Shown: positions 1-9,611, counted from the stretch's first letter. The stretch is DNA of 38,928 bases from an uncultured archaeon (GCA_964590575.1 CAZPWM010000022.1:911-39838); one strand, 5' to 3'. The notes: a model not told the origin generated them from the letters alone. Numbers and translations are program-made.

Positions 1-1480
1 TAGCAAATAGACAGAGGACCAGTGAATTTAGTACTGTTCGCCAGGTATCCTCTTCAGCAATCAGCTCGCCTATCTGTTCACTTGTCATGGATTTCGACAA
101 GGTTTTTTGGTCTATACTATACCCGGCATTATCCAAGTGACTGTGACGTATCCCGATCATATGTCCGACTATATTAGCAGGTCCTGTATGGTACCCAGAC
201 GCTTCATTCCCCTCAAAGTGGACTGCTAATTCCTTGCCCCCATATTTTTCACTAAGAGCGGCTACTCCATGCCCAGCAATGGTATAGAAAGCGTTTGGAG
301 GCGAAGCAATGTGATCAAGCATCTTCAGATACACATCCACCTCACCCCAACGAGGAGCGAGCCCTCCCAAATCATCCATTGTCACAAACCCTTTGGTATA
401 CGCCTCAGTCAGCCAGCCGAGCACAACACCTGCACTCATGGCATCCAGACCTCTAAGGTCAACCCGTTCTATTAGCTGGAGAACACCTTCTGTTGAACCG
501 ACACCAAGATTGGAGCCTAATGCGAAGATTGGCTCATAGTCATAGGGAACATATATCGTACCGTAGTCACGCTGTTTTTTGTTAAACTGGATGCGCACCT
601 CTGCAATGTGAATACAACCTATCGGACAAGGAACACATGAACTCTTTCCAACAAGAACGTCATCTGCAAATTGTTCACCTGAAATTTCTTCAGCCCCCTC
701 GAATGCGAAAGAACTGAAATTACGTGTGGGGAGTGCTTGCATCTCATTAAGCGGCAGTACATTCACAGCTGTTCCAAGAATGTCATATTTATCCATCCGG
801 CCAGAACGAAGCACTAGCTCATGGACCTTCTTATACTCGGTTTTGTAATCTTTGACTGAAGGAACTCTGTGACTCTGCGTCCCTGCAACAACGATTCCCT
901 TGAGCTTCTTGGCACCCATTACACATCCTAGACCGAGTCTGCCAAAATGGCGGATTGTGTCTACAACAACCATTGCGTATCGAACCTGATTCTCTCCAGC
1001 AACTCCAATCCGGAGTATTGAACGTCTTCCCTCCCCAGGGACTTTTTCTTTCAGTATCCGTCCTGTGGCTCTAGTAGACAATCCCCACAATGCATGAGCA
1101 TTCCGAAATTCTACAGTATCATCTTGAATTAGAAGATAATGTGGTTTGTCTAGTTTTCCGGTGATTAAGATAGCATCATGGCCTGCGACTCGCATTGCCA
1201 TACTTAGCTTCCCACCAGCATAACTCTCTCCAAGATTCCCTGTCAGGGGTGATTTGAAGAGAGCAACCGTCTTTGCACAACAAGGATAATACAAATTGAG
1301 TGGACCAATAGCAAAGATAATGGGTGAATCTTCGTATGGTGTGTTTGGAGGACAGTTTTCAAGGAGCAGTTTCGACGCAACCCCAACACCTCCGATATAT
1401 TTGTCGAAGAGATCTTGTCTTTCAATTGTTTCAGAGGTCTTAGTTGACAAATCAATGTGAAGCAGTTGACCTCGTTTCAT
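1..1480 (-). CDS. Aldehyde:ferredoxin oxidoreductase family protein (runs off the window edge, 3' partial)
   Basis: Not in the ORF track (no stop in window). Manual translation from ATG 1480 gives MKRGQLLHIDLSTKTSETIERQDLFDKYIGGVGVA...FKSPLTGNLGESYAGG...RHFGRLGLGCVMGAKKLKG, typical AOR N-terminal motifs. ATGA overlap with the upstream ferredoxin gene. Confidence 0.88.
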   Translation of the reverse strand, partial: MKRGQLLHIDLSTKTSETIERQDLFDKYIGGVGVASKLLLENCPPNTPYEDSPIIFAIGPLNLYYPCCAKTVALFKSPLTGNLGESYAGGKLSMAMRVAGHDAILITGKLDKPHYLLIQDDTVEFRNAHALWGLSTRATGRILKEKVPGEGRRSILRIGVAGENQVRYAMVVVDTIRHFGRLGLGCVMGAKKLKGIVVAGTQSHRVPSVKDYKTEYKKVHELVLRSGRMDKYDILGTAVNVLPLNEMQALPTRNFSSFAFEGAEEISGEQFADDVLVGKSSCVPCPIGCIHIAEVRIQFNKKQRDYGTIYVPYDYEPIFALGSNLGVGSTEGVLQLIERVDLRGLDAMSAGVVLGWLTEAYTKGFVTMDDLGGLAPRWGEVDVYLKMLDHIASPPNAFYTIAGHGVAALSEKYGGKELAVHFEGNEASGYHTGPANIVGHMIGIRHSHLDNAGYSIDQKTLSKSMTSEQIGELIAEEDTWRTVLNSLVLCLFA

Positions 1481-1896
1481 TCTTCTACCTCCGTCTTTAT
1501 CAGAATATCATGAGGGCACCACTCAATGCATTCGCCACAATGAATGCAAACAACAGCTTTCTTCCGAAGGGGATCTACGAAAATAGCACTCAGTGGGCAA
1601 GCTTCTGTACAATCGCCGCAGCCCACACACTTTTCCTGACTGATGATTATTCCCCCTCCACGTCTGTATTTTATCGCGTCATACTGACACGCTTCAAGAC
1701 ACACGGGCTCTTTGCATGCTCTACACATAATGACTACATAGTTCCCTCCAGACCCTCCTGCGGTCGGTGGTGGTGTTGACTTGATTCGAAGAGCCGCATA
1801 ACCAAGACCGACATGACCTGTTCTTCGACTGCAGGCAAAAACACAAGAAAAGCATGAAATGCAACGTTCCACATTTACAGGTCTGACTATATGCAA
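1477..1896 (-). CDS. 4Fe-4S dicluster electron-transfer protein (AOR partner)
   Basis: Motifs CISCFSCVFAC, CRACKEPVCLEAC, CVGCGDCTEACP, CIHCGECIEWCP. Start reassigned to TTG 1896 after GAGGAG (ORF track starts at 1998). Confidence 0.88.
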   Translation of the reverse strand: MHIVRPVNVERCISCFSCVFACSRRTGHVGLGYAALRIKSTPPPTAGGSGGNYVVIMCRACKEPVCLEACQYDAIKYRRGGGIIISQEKCVGCGDCTEACPLSAIFVDPLRKKAVVCIHCGECIEWCPHDILIKTEVEE

Positions 1897-2034
1897 ATTT
1901 TCAGTCCACTCCTCAGCAATCTCTTGATTTCCCTTAGTTAAATGTCTGATGTGAAATGAGCTTGATATAGATTTCATAGGGATTGAAGAGATACACACGA
2001 CTTCTTTTTCACCAGAATATGGGTCACATTAGTT

Positions 2035-2694
2035 CTATGGATAACATAGGTCCCAAGTTGGTTGATAGGTATAAACAAGTTCCATCATCTCGGTATATGC
2101 AGTATCTGAAAAGAATGGTCTCGGACAGGTTGCTTCATTATCATAAACAGCAAAGTGTATGTGTGCACCACCACCTATCTGTAGGAATTCACCGATTATA
2201 TCTCCCTTAGCGACCCAGTCACCTACTTCAATGTCCAACATTGAAATTTGACGGTCCACATCAGACGAATTCGTTGTCCAAGGTTCAAAGACATAGCCGA
2301 TTTGTATGGTTTCATTGAATCTGATTGAGAGATGAATCATGTATATGTTGTCAGCGGGACCAGTGTCAGTCCATGAGATTTCCTCAACATATCCTGGTGC
2401 CGCAGCTATTACAGTTGATTCGTTTTTGAAAGCGAAATCAAGCCCATTATGCACCGCACCCCATGGACAGGCTGTGGATTCACTATAGCCTCCGTTCCAA
2501 TTGAGAATATCAGACCGGTTTGTGTATATCACACCCATGTAGTTTAGATTTGAGGAGTCGTAGCGACCTTCATTATCGAAGGACCCGTTCTCTCCATTTG
2601 TGTTGTTAGGGTTGTTCCCAAATTGAATATACAAGACAACAGCGGCAACAACGATAATCATAATGATTAGCGTGGTGATGGTTCTTTTCTGCAT
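2035..2694 (-). CDS. Membrane-anchored/secreted M23 family metallopeptidase
   Basis: N-terminal hydrophobic anchor after MQKRT. HNGLD (HxxxD), VIAAAPGYV, VGDWVAKGDIIG and HIHF (HxH) motifs. Confidence 0.8.
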   Translation of the reverse strand: MQKRTITTLIIMIIVVAAVVLYIQFGNNPNNTNGENGSFDNEGRYDSSNLNYMGVIYTNRSDILNWNGGYSESTACPWGAVHNGLDFAFKNESTVIAAAPGYVEEISWTDTGPADNIYMIHLSIRFNETIQIGYVFEPWTTNSSDVDRQISMLDIEVGDWVAKGDIIGEFLQIGGGAHIHFAVYDNEATCPRPFFSDTAYTEMMELVYTYQPTWDLCYP

Positions 2695-2798
2695 AGTCTT
2701 CTCTGTCTGGATAACAAGCTCAAATATCTGCCCTTTTTTGCTTAGAAGTGGTTTCACCCAAAACAAACTAGGTCGCTAATATTGGACATCTATCGAAT

Positions 2799-2984
2799 TC
2801 AGTCATTCGCCATTTTCTTAACTGATTTCACAACCCGCTCTTTCGTGGTGGTATTAGGAGGGACAGCAATTCCAAGCATTTTACGCCAAGCTCTCTTTCC
2901 ATCCTCATCAAGGTCTTCTGTGATTGCTTGCATGATTGCGACAACCTTGAGAGAGGTTTCAAGTTCAGCCTCATCCTTTTCCAT
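2799..2984 (-). CDS. Small hypothetical protein (61 aa)
   Basis: GGTGA RBS-like sequence before the ATG, protein-like composition, fills an intergenic gap. Confidence 0.55.
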   Translation of the reverse strand: MEKDEAELETSLKVVAIMQAITEDLDEDGKRAWRKMLGIAVPPNTTTKERVVKSVKKMAND

Positions 2985-3145
2985 TGGTCACACCTTGAGA
3001 TAGTTATTTGGAATTGAGCGGTTGTGCTAAAGTAGCCAAAGGACTTAGAGATTGTGTATGTCATTGTATTTGTAGTTGATAAGGATGAGAACACTGTAAC
3101 TCATCGAAAGCTATCAAAACGAAGTCCTGAATGATATCTATAGTA

Positions 3146-3775
3146 TCAGTTCTCCAGCAGAGCCTTAATTCGCTTTACTCCATCAATTGCATCTGGACTA
3201 TAGTCGTCTGCGCCTAGCTCTTTAGCCAGCTCCATGCTGAGGGGGGCACCACCCACAATTATTTTGACACTGTCTCGAAGACCTGCATCTTGGAGAGCTT
3301 TATCAACTGTGGAGATTTCCCTCATAGTCATCGTCAGTAAGGCGCTGAGTGCAACAATTTTAGCTCCAGTTTTTTTCACAGCCTCAACAATTTTTTCTGT
3401 AGGACAATCCATACCTAGGTCAACTACCTCGAACCCAGCTGACACGAGCATGGCAAGCAGGATATTTTTTCCGATATCGTGATTGTCACCTTTCACTGTG
3501 GCTGCAACAATAGGAGTTGTATCACCAGCTTCACCCGACTTCAGATGCGGTTTGAGAACTTCAAACGCGGCTTTCATTGTATCTCCTGCAAGGACAAGTT
3601 CAGCAAGGAAATACTCATCGGTTTCATACCTTCGACCGACCTCGTCCATTCCTGCTGTGAGGGCTTTCAGAATGTCTTGTGGGTTGACTCCAGCATCAAT
3701 CTGTTGTTGAACAGCAGTTGCGACATTGTCAATATCAAGGTCAATTATCATATCTGTAACATTTGTGAGGTCCAT
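3146..3775 (-). CDS. Corrinoid (B12-binding) protein, MtaC/MttC-like
   Basis: Cap domain GMDEVGRRYETDEYFLAELV, cobalamin motif GDNHDIGKN, then LSALLT and IIVGGAP. Confidence 0.92.
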   Translation of the reverse strand: MDLTNVTDMIIDLDIDNVATAVQQQIDAGVNPQDILKALTAGMDEVGRRYETDEYFLAELVLAGDTMKAAFEVLKPHLKSGEAGDTTPIVAATVKGDNHDIGKNILLAMLVSAGFEVVDLGMDCPTEKIVEAVKKTGAKIVALSALLTMTMREISTVDKALQDAGLRDSVKIIVGGAPLSMELAKELGADDYSPDAIDGVKRIKALLEN

Positions 3776-3884
3776 TGTTTTTCTGCTCCGTGCTCATCAG
3801 GGTTGACTGCGAAACGGTGTAATATTCCTTTTTTTCCGACAGTTTTCCAGACTCTTCATAAGTGTGAAGCGTGCCCCAAGCCTT

Positions 3885-4514
3885 ATGGAAAGTTCAATTC
3901 GAGAAACCTTGGCGAAAGAACTCGAGGAAACTGGAAAAGATCCTAGAAACCCTGAAGTATGGTATGAACTGGGTGAAAAACTCTATGATGAGGGATATAT
4001 AGAAAGTGCAGAGGTTGCATTTCAGGTTGCACTAGACCTAGACCCTGGATTTGTTGAAGCTTGGCGTGACTTGGGTGCAGCACTGTTTGTCCAGAATCGC
4101 TTTGACGAGGCTGAAAAGGCACTGAAAGGAGCGTTGGAGCATGGTTCTGAAGAGTCAGATGTGTGGTATAATCTTGGATGTGTTTACATGGCCACAGACC
4201 AGCTTGACGATGCGGAAATCTCGTTTCGAAGGGCAAATGAATTGGATCCAGAAGATGCAGATACATTGTGCAATCTTGGTGTAGTTCTTTCCAACATAGG
4301 AGAACCGGAAGAAGCAGAACGTGTCCTAAAGAAAGTAATAGAGATTCGGCCAGATCATTTTGTGGGATGGCTCAATCTGATGAGCTATTACGAGGGAGAA
4401 GGACGGAGCAAAGATGCTGAGGATACTCATGAAAGAGCACTTGAGCGCATTCCTGATTTTGATCTTTTCCTTGAAGATTTGAATGATTTTGTTGAAGATA
4501 ACGAGGAAGAATAG
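3885..4514 (+). CDS. Tetratricopeptide repeat protein
   Basis: Repeated W/Y..LG......A...F..A..LDP TPR units. ATG 3885 preferred as start. Confidence 0.88.
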   Translation: MESSIRETLAKELEETGKDPRNPEVWYELGEKLYDEGYIESAEVAFQVALDLDPGFVEAWRDLGAALFVQNRFDEAEKALKGALEHGSEESDVWYNLGCVYMATDQLDDAEISFRRANELDPEDADTLCNLGVVLSNIGEPEEAERVLKKVIEIRPDHFVGWLNLMSYYEGEGRSKDAEDTHERALERIPDFDLFLEDLNDFVEDNEEE

Positions 4515-4516
4515 AG

Positions 4517-5089
4517 ATGGCAGAATCTCAAGCCTATATGGAAACGCAGGTTCAGAAGATAGATCTGCAAGAATTCAGTGGAAAAGGTCTGATTTTAGAC
4601 ATTGGTGGTGGTGGAGAAGGATTAGTTTCGAGAATCGAGGGCGACAGGGTTTGTGCATTAGACATCAGAATGAGTGAGATTAAAGAAGCACAGATTCACG
4701 GACACTCATCAAACTGGTTTGTTGCAGATGGCGCAAACCTCTGTTTCAAAGACGAGGTTTTCGATATTGTGACTTTATGGTTCTCTTTAGGATACATGAG
4801 TGACTGGAACATAAAACGTTCAGTCCTCGAAGCGGCTTATCGAGTTCTCAAGAAGAATGGTCGATTATCAATTATGGCTTGTCGCATACCAGAGTCGAAT
4901 GAGCGGTTAGTTTTCTGGGCTTCCTTTTCCCTGCCTGATGGAACCCTCTCGAAGACAGGATATGGTGTGAAAGGAGGGCAAAATCAGACATGCACGAAAA
5001 TATTGCAGATAATAACAAAAGTGGGATTCAAAAAGCATCTTCATGAGGACCACGATGAATGGTTCAAAATAGAGTCACGTAAGATGTAG
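4517..5089 (+). CDS. Class I SAM-dependent methyltransferase
   Basis: ILDIGGGGEG motif I, ADG..L.F.DEVFDIV, RVLKKNG. Confidence 0.88.
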   Translation: MAESQAYMETQVQKIDLQEFSGKGLILDIGGGGEGLVSRIEGDRVCALDIRMSEIKEAQIHGHSSNWFVADGANLCFKDEVFDIVTLWFSLGYMSDWNIKRSVLEAAYRVLKKNGRLSIMACRIPESNERLVFWASFSLPDGTLSKTGYGVKGGQNQTCTKILQIITKVGFKKHLHEDHDEWFKIESRKM

Positions 5090-5148
5090 TTTCTTGTTCC
5101 AAAACCTTAAAGTACAGACTCAAATCAGAGCGGACAGTCACAAGCTAG

Positions 5149-5676
5149 GTGAAAATGATGAGCCTTGCAGTATGGTGGAGACGCGGTAGTAAACCCGGAC
5201 TTATCCTAATGTTTCTAGGAATTGCGGGTTTTGTTCAGATTCCTATTATCTGGCATGCACAGGTCTACGTGAACGTTCTGAGTGCTGAGCTGCAACTTCT
5301 TGTTTCCATTGGAGTTATGGTTGTGCTTGGGGGTTCATACGTACTGATAGCTGAAGCAATGTACCGCTGGGCTCACATTGTGTCTAAGAGAAAGACACGT
5401 CGACGTCAGAGAGGACAGGCAAACTGGATTGGTAGACTATCAGAATTTGCTAGATCCTACACAGACATGCCTGCTTTTGTTGGGGTTGGTCTATTGACTT
5501 GTGTATTCTTCCTGTTCTACTTTGTTCCATTCGGCTTTGCAGATGCTGGAAGTCTTCCATCTTGGATTGCCACACTTGCATTTCTAGACCCTCTCTTTGT
5601 CTATATTCTTGGAGTTAACATTGCAGCTATTGCATCGGCCTTTGTCGCTAGTTACTTGAATTATAAGATCAAGTAA
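5149..5676 (+). CDS. Hypothetical membrane protein (~4 TM)
   Basis: Four hydrophobic stretches with a basic loop. Confidence 0.7.
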   Translation: MKMMSLAVWWRRGSKPGLILMFLGIAGFVQIPIIWHAQVYVNVLSAELQLLVSIGVMVVLGGSYVLIAEAMYRWAHIVSKRKTRRRQRGQANWIGRLSEFARSYTDMPAFVGVGLLTCVFFLFYFVPFGFADAGSLPSWIATLAFLDPLFVYILGVNIAAIASAFVASYLNYKIK

Positions 5677-5742
5677 AGAGAAGCTGGTAGCATCTCAAAT
5701 CTTAATAGTCCAATCTAGAGTTGGAAACAGTGAGGTGCTTTT

Positions 5743-6216
5743 TTGTCAGGATTAGAAGTAGGTGACGAAGCTCCAGATTTTACACTCCTAGAAGCTCCAG
5801 GAAATAGCGTCACTTTGAGTGACGAACTCCGGAAAGGACCAGTTGTACTTGTATTCTATCCAGCAGACTTTACTTCAACATGCCAGGAGGAGCTCTGCAG
5901 GTTCAGGGATGTTTTAACAGACTACAACAACATGGGTGCCAATGTACTAGGGATTTCAGTGGATGGAATTTTCAGTCATAAGGCATTCAAGGAAGCCAAC
6001 GATATCGAATACCCCTTACTTTCCGACTGGGAGAAGACAACGATTAGAAATTATAACATAGTTCATGAGAATTTTGTGGGAATGAAAGAGGTCGCAAAGA
6101 GATCCGTCTTCGTTATTGATATAGACCAGACGGTTGTTTATGCCTGGGTGAGTGAAGACCCAGGAAAATTACCTCCGTTTGATGAGGTAACGATGGCAGT
6201 GACAAAACTGGCATAG
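5743..6216 (+). CDS. Peroxiredoxin (AhpC/TSA family, AhpE/BCP-like)
   Basis: LEVGDEAPDFTL, FYPADFTSTCQEELC, LLSD, RSVFVID. Confidence 0.92.
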   Translation: MSGLEVGDEAPDFTLLEAPGNSVTLSDELRKGPVVLVFYPADFTSTCQEELCRFRDVLTDYNNMGANVLGISVDGIFSHKAFKEANDIEYPLLSDWEKTTIRNYNIVHENFVGMKEVAKRSVFVIDIDQTVVYAWVSEDPGKLPPFDEVTMAVTKLA

Positions 6217-6274
6217 CTACGCAATGGCGCTATCTTTATATCACAAAACCAGTGGAGGACAAATTACTGGCTCT

Positions 6275-6383
6275 GCCGCGGTAGATCAGCCAGGGAGATC
6301 GCACGGCTGAAGACCGTGTTGTCTTCGGGTTACTCCCGTCGACACGGGACTTGTCGCCGGTTCAAATCCGGCCCGCGGCACCA
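6275..6383 (+). tRNA. tRNA-Phe(GAA) with a 32-nt non-canonical intron (6319-6350, position 43/44)
   Basis: GCCGCGG/CCGCGGC acceptor, CACGG-CTGAAGA-CCGTG anticodon arm, GCCGG-TTCAAAT-CCGGC T arm, encoded CCA. Extra 32 nt follow the anticodon stem. TTTATAT lies ~35 nt upstream. Confidence 0.92.
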
Positions 6384-6478
6384 TTTCTTCTACACAGATA
6401 TTTCAGGTCTTGAGTGATAAGATTCAATACAAAGGTCAGAGATAGTTTGATTCGGCGTGAGTTGGGAGGTAATCGAAT

Positions 6479-6724
6479 TTGAAGCAATCAGGACAATGTC
6501 CGAAGTGCAGTAGTAGGAATATTTGGAATAATTCTCATATTCAAATCGGTGGTATACGACCTTCGAAAGGATGGGTTCTTGTACGAAAAGCTAGTCGTTG
6601 GAATTACAAATATGTGTTCAAAGACGATTATGTTTGCATTGATTGTGGATACTCTGAAACGTTCATTGATGATGATGGAATAAAGACCATCAGAGAATAC
6701 GGAGTTACTGAGCTGGGGCAGTAA
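6479..6724 (+). CDS. Small zinc-ribbon protein
   Basis: CPKCSS ... YVCIDCGYSETF. GGAGGT RBS before the TTG. Confidence 0.75.
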   Translation: MKQSGQCPKCSSRNIWNNSHIQIGGIRPSKGWVLVRKASRWNYKYVFKDDYVCIDCGYSETFIDDDGIKTIREYGVTELGQ

Positions 6725-7592
6725 CAAGAGGAGTCTTAGTCGTTTTCTCTGACAGTGCTGGATTCGCTCCCTTTTGCTTCATCCAGAGATATGTGAAAGC
6801 TATGCCCAAATAGGCAACATAAGCAACGATCTCAAAGGCTGATGGATTGCCATTATATCCGAATAACGACTTTGCTAACCCACCAATCAGACCGTCTTCA
6901 TGGAGCAGGGGATATCCACCATCAGGCAAGAGGGGGGGATTGATGTTCCAGACCTCAATAGGTCCAATAAGGAGCAAGCCAGCCTCTTGAAGTTCATGAA
7001 TACCATATGCGATCATTCCTGCGGCAAATAAGATAAGAAAAATCGAGGTCCACTTGAAGAGTGTCTTTATGTTTATTCTGAGTGACCCTTTGTATAATCC
7101 TAGACCCACAATCACAGCAATTGATACACCAAGAGCTACTCCAATATAACTCTCAATTCCTTCTTGAATGACTAATGCCATGCTGAATAGTGATAGTTCC
7201 ACGCCTTCTCTCACAACGAGCGAGAAGCTAAGTAGTGCAAGACCAATTCCACTCTGTTGAACGACGGACATCTGCATCGATTCCTCAATTTCCTGAGTTA
7301 TCTTGGCACCTGCATTCCACATCCATACTATCATGGTTGTGAGTAACACAGCAGCGATGAGAACAACCGAACCTTCAAAGACATTCAACATAGGGCCTTC
7401 GAATATTCCCCATAGCAATCCAACAATGGTAGCTATACCAAGACTAGTAAGTATTGCAACAACTGTCCCTGAGATTACATATTTTCTGAGATCGGTCTGA
7501 TTCGTCTTCCTCAAGTAGGATAGCATTATGGCAATTATCAGGGCTGCCTCTATGCCTTCTCTTAGTGAAATGATGGTCGGGGAGATTATCAT
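6705..7592 (-). CDS. FTR1 family iron permease
   Basis: Two RExxE motifs (LREGIE, VREGVE), multiple TMs, AYGIHELQEAG, LFGY. Confidence 0.92.
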   Translation of the reverse strand: MIISPTIISLREGIEAALIIAIMLSYLRKTNQTDLRKYVISGTVVAILTSLGIATIVGLLWGIFEGPMLNVFEGSVVLIAAVLLTTMIVWMWNAGAKITQEIEESMQMSVVQQSGIGLALLSFSLVVREGVELSLFSMALVIQEGIESYIGVALGVSIAVIVGLGLYKGSLRINIKTLFKWTSIFLILFAAGMIAYGIHELQEAGLLLIGPIEVWNINPPLLPDGGYPLLHEDGLIGGLAKSLFGYNGNPSAFEIVAYVAYLGIAFTYLWMKQKGANPALSEKTTKTPLVTAPAQ

Positions 7593-7603
7593 GCTCGTTC
7601 ATT

Positions 7604-7634
7604 TAATATTCATTAACTATTGTTAATAATATTA
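7604..7634. promoter_or_regulatory. AT-rich imperfect palindrome upstream of FTR1, candidate metal-responsive operator
   Basis: TAATATT-C-ATTAAC-TATT-GTTAAT-AATATTA directly upstream of the FTR1 start. Confidence 0.45.
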
Positions 7635-7733
7635 CTATGCGACCAAAGGAAAATTTTACTGATTTTTTAAAGGACCATATCACCAGTTCATTATTATCAA
7701 TCTGTGATAGTCCAACACACACGGAGTTTCAAC

Positions 7734-7946
7734 ATGAGCGCTGAATGGGGACTACTTCCAGCTGGAATTGATGAAACAGACCTAGTGATGATGCTCCTCG
7801 CGTTGTTCATTCTTTCACTGCTTGTGATAGCAATGTTTATTGTATTCCCTTGGTTCTATGCTATTCTTGGTACAGTAGTAATTATTCTAGGCATTCTCTA
7901 TGGTGTCAGAGAATTAAAACAGAAAGAAGACTCAGATGGTGAATGA
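7734..7946 (+). CDS. Small 2-TM membrane protein
   Basis: Two hydrophobic helices and a charged tail. ATG 7734 preferred. Confidence 0.65.
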   Translation: MSAEWGLLPAGIDETDLVMMLLALFILSLLVIAMFIVFPWFYAILGTVVIILGILYGVRELKQKEDSDGE

Positions 7947-7956
7947 AAAATAGGAG

Positions 7957-7979
7957 CGTGGGGGAATTGCACCCCCACG
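7957..7979. terminator. 8-bp hairpin between convergent genes
   Basis: CGTGGGGG-AATTGCA-CCCCCACG, followed by a T-run on the minus strand. Confidence 0.5.
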
Positions 7980-7989
7980 AATTCATTAT

Positions 7990-9108
7990 CTATTGTGACT
8001 CGTCAGATTCTCGGTATCCATCTTGATATGTTGTACCAGTCTGGACTGAGTTCTGGTCTCCAATGACCCTCTTCCAGAAGGGCTTCTTCAAACGACGCCT
8101 CTCACCCCAGTTACCTTGCCACCAGATTCCTCTTCCTGCTCGAAGGTGCATGGTGATCTTCATGCTGGAAACTATGATTCTCCAAATGGCGATAGCCACT
8201 GTGACAAACATGATGAATGCCCATATCCAGTCAAAGGGTACAAAGGGAATCTCGTGAGTCTGGAAGAAATCGAGAAGATCGAACTTATACCAGATACCAT
8301 TAGTATTGGCGTAAACATATTGAACCGGCCAACCTACTCCAATGAGAATTATTGCTAAACCAATCCAAACTACGCTTAGGATTGCTTCCACGGTTAGGTT
8401 GAAGTTATTTTCACCCCCGATGTAGAAGAGAGCACCCCTAATTGCTCCTAAGAACAGGAAAATTGCTACAGCCACATAATATTCTGTGAAAGCTTCAGTA
8501 TATAGGTCCACTACAGCTGGTAGGAGCAGAACGGACCCAAAAATGAGGCCCATCACGAAGTCACCAGCAGCATCCAAACGACCCTTAGGCTTGAAGCCTT
8601 CCACACCGATTCCAAAGAAGCTCTCCAGTGTAGTCTTCTCGGTCAATGGTTTACTCCGGTCAAGCATCGAGATTCCACCAATGATGACGAAGATTATGGC
8701 TAGATTGATCAGTATCACCACAGGGATACTGAAAGGCCAGTTCTGAATATCAGCGCCGAATAATTGTGTTAATGAAACTCCAATTATTGAAGCCCCAACA
8801 ATTAGTGCAAGTGCAACTCCCAGAATAACCACAAGCATGCGGCTCAGTGGGTTAACGTATTCAGCTGGAACAGGTCCAACTTTCTTTCCAGAGCCTGCGT
8901 ATTCATTCGCAACACTCTTTGGATCTCCCATCCTCTCAATGGCCATCATGGCAGAGCCAGCAGTCATCTTGCCCTCGCCAATTCTCTCAGCCTCCTCAAT
9001 AAGGTGAGTCTGAAGTTCGACGATAGCATCTTCGCTGTCTAAAGGAAGATACACTCTAACACGATCAAGATATTGATCAATAAGTTCTAACGGATCATTA
9101 CTACTCAT
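7990..9108 (-). CDS. PadR-associated membrane protein with N-terminal HAAS-like helical domain
   Basis: IDQYLDRVRVYLP...ELQTHL...AIERMGDPKSVANEY followed by multiple TMs, directly downstream of padR. Confidence 0.78.
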   Translation of the reverse strand: MSSNDPLELIDQYLDRVRVYLPLDSEDAIVELQTHLIEEAERIGEGKMTAGSAMMAIERMGDPKSVANEYAGSGKKVGPVPAEYVNPLSRMLVVILGVALALIVGASIIGVSLTQLFGADIQNWPFSIPVVILINLAIIFVIIGGISMLDRSKPLTEKTTLESFFGIGVEGFKPKGRLDAAGDFVMGLIFGSVLLLPAVVDLYTEAFTEYYVAVAIFLFLGAIRGALFYIGGENNFNLTVEAILSVVWIGLAIILIGVGWPVQYVYANTNGIWYKFDLLDFFQTHEIPFVPFDWIWAFIMFVTVAIAIWRIIVSSMKITMHLRAGRGIWWQGNWGERRRLKKPFWKRVIGDQNSVQTGTTYQDGYRESDESQ

Positions 9109-9110
9109 TA

Positions 9111-9473
9111 TTATTCAACCTCCATTATGACATCGCGCATTTCACGCGAGAGAACGGACCAGGTCTGCGACATTGCCCCTAGAGCTTTCAAGCCCTCTTC
9201 AGTAACTGCATAGTACTTCTTGGGTTTGGTTGGGTCTTCATAGTCCCACTCGGATCTAAGAATCTCGCGCTTCTCAAGTCTTCTCAGCAAAGGATAGACT
9301 GTGCCCTGCTCAAGAGCCAAGAAGGACATCTTCTCGTCGAGTAGCTTGACAGCCTCATATCCATATGCCCTTCTTTTACTCAGAAGAGCGAGGATAGCAA
9401 GCGTCACAGCACCTCGCTTTACTTCCTTGGACCATCGGTCCAATTCCTCTTGCGTCTTTTTTGACATTGACAC
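9111..9473 (-). CDS. PadR family transcriptional regulator
   Basis: ILALL...YGYE...GTVYPLLRRLE...KKYYAVTEEG. Confidence 0.93.
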   Translation of the reverse strand: MSMSKKTQEELDRWSKEVKRGAVTLAILALLSKRRAYGYEAVKLLDEKMSFLALEQGTVYPLLRRLEKREILRSEWDYEDPTKPKKYYAVTEEGLKALGAMSQTWSVLSREMRDVIMEVE

Positions 9474-9524
9474 GTAGTTTACCTCTGTATTATCATTGTA
9501 CTCGCAAGCATTGTGTGTAACAAT

Positions 9525-9545
9525 GTACTGTACGATATATAGTAC
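9525..9545. promoter_or_regulatory. Candidate PadR operator
   Basis: GTACT-N11-AGTAC inverted repeat ~50 nt upstream of padR. Confidence 0.5.
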
Positions 9546-9611
9546 TGTGCACTATTTGTATATAAATGTTATCAACTAGGCGATATTATCACCCACATGT
9601 ATATCTGACCG

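Noticed and set aside
269-1779. Short ORFs 269-475, 1243-1455 and 1444-1779
   Set aside because: Shadow frames of the AOR and ferredoxin genes.
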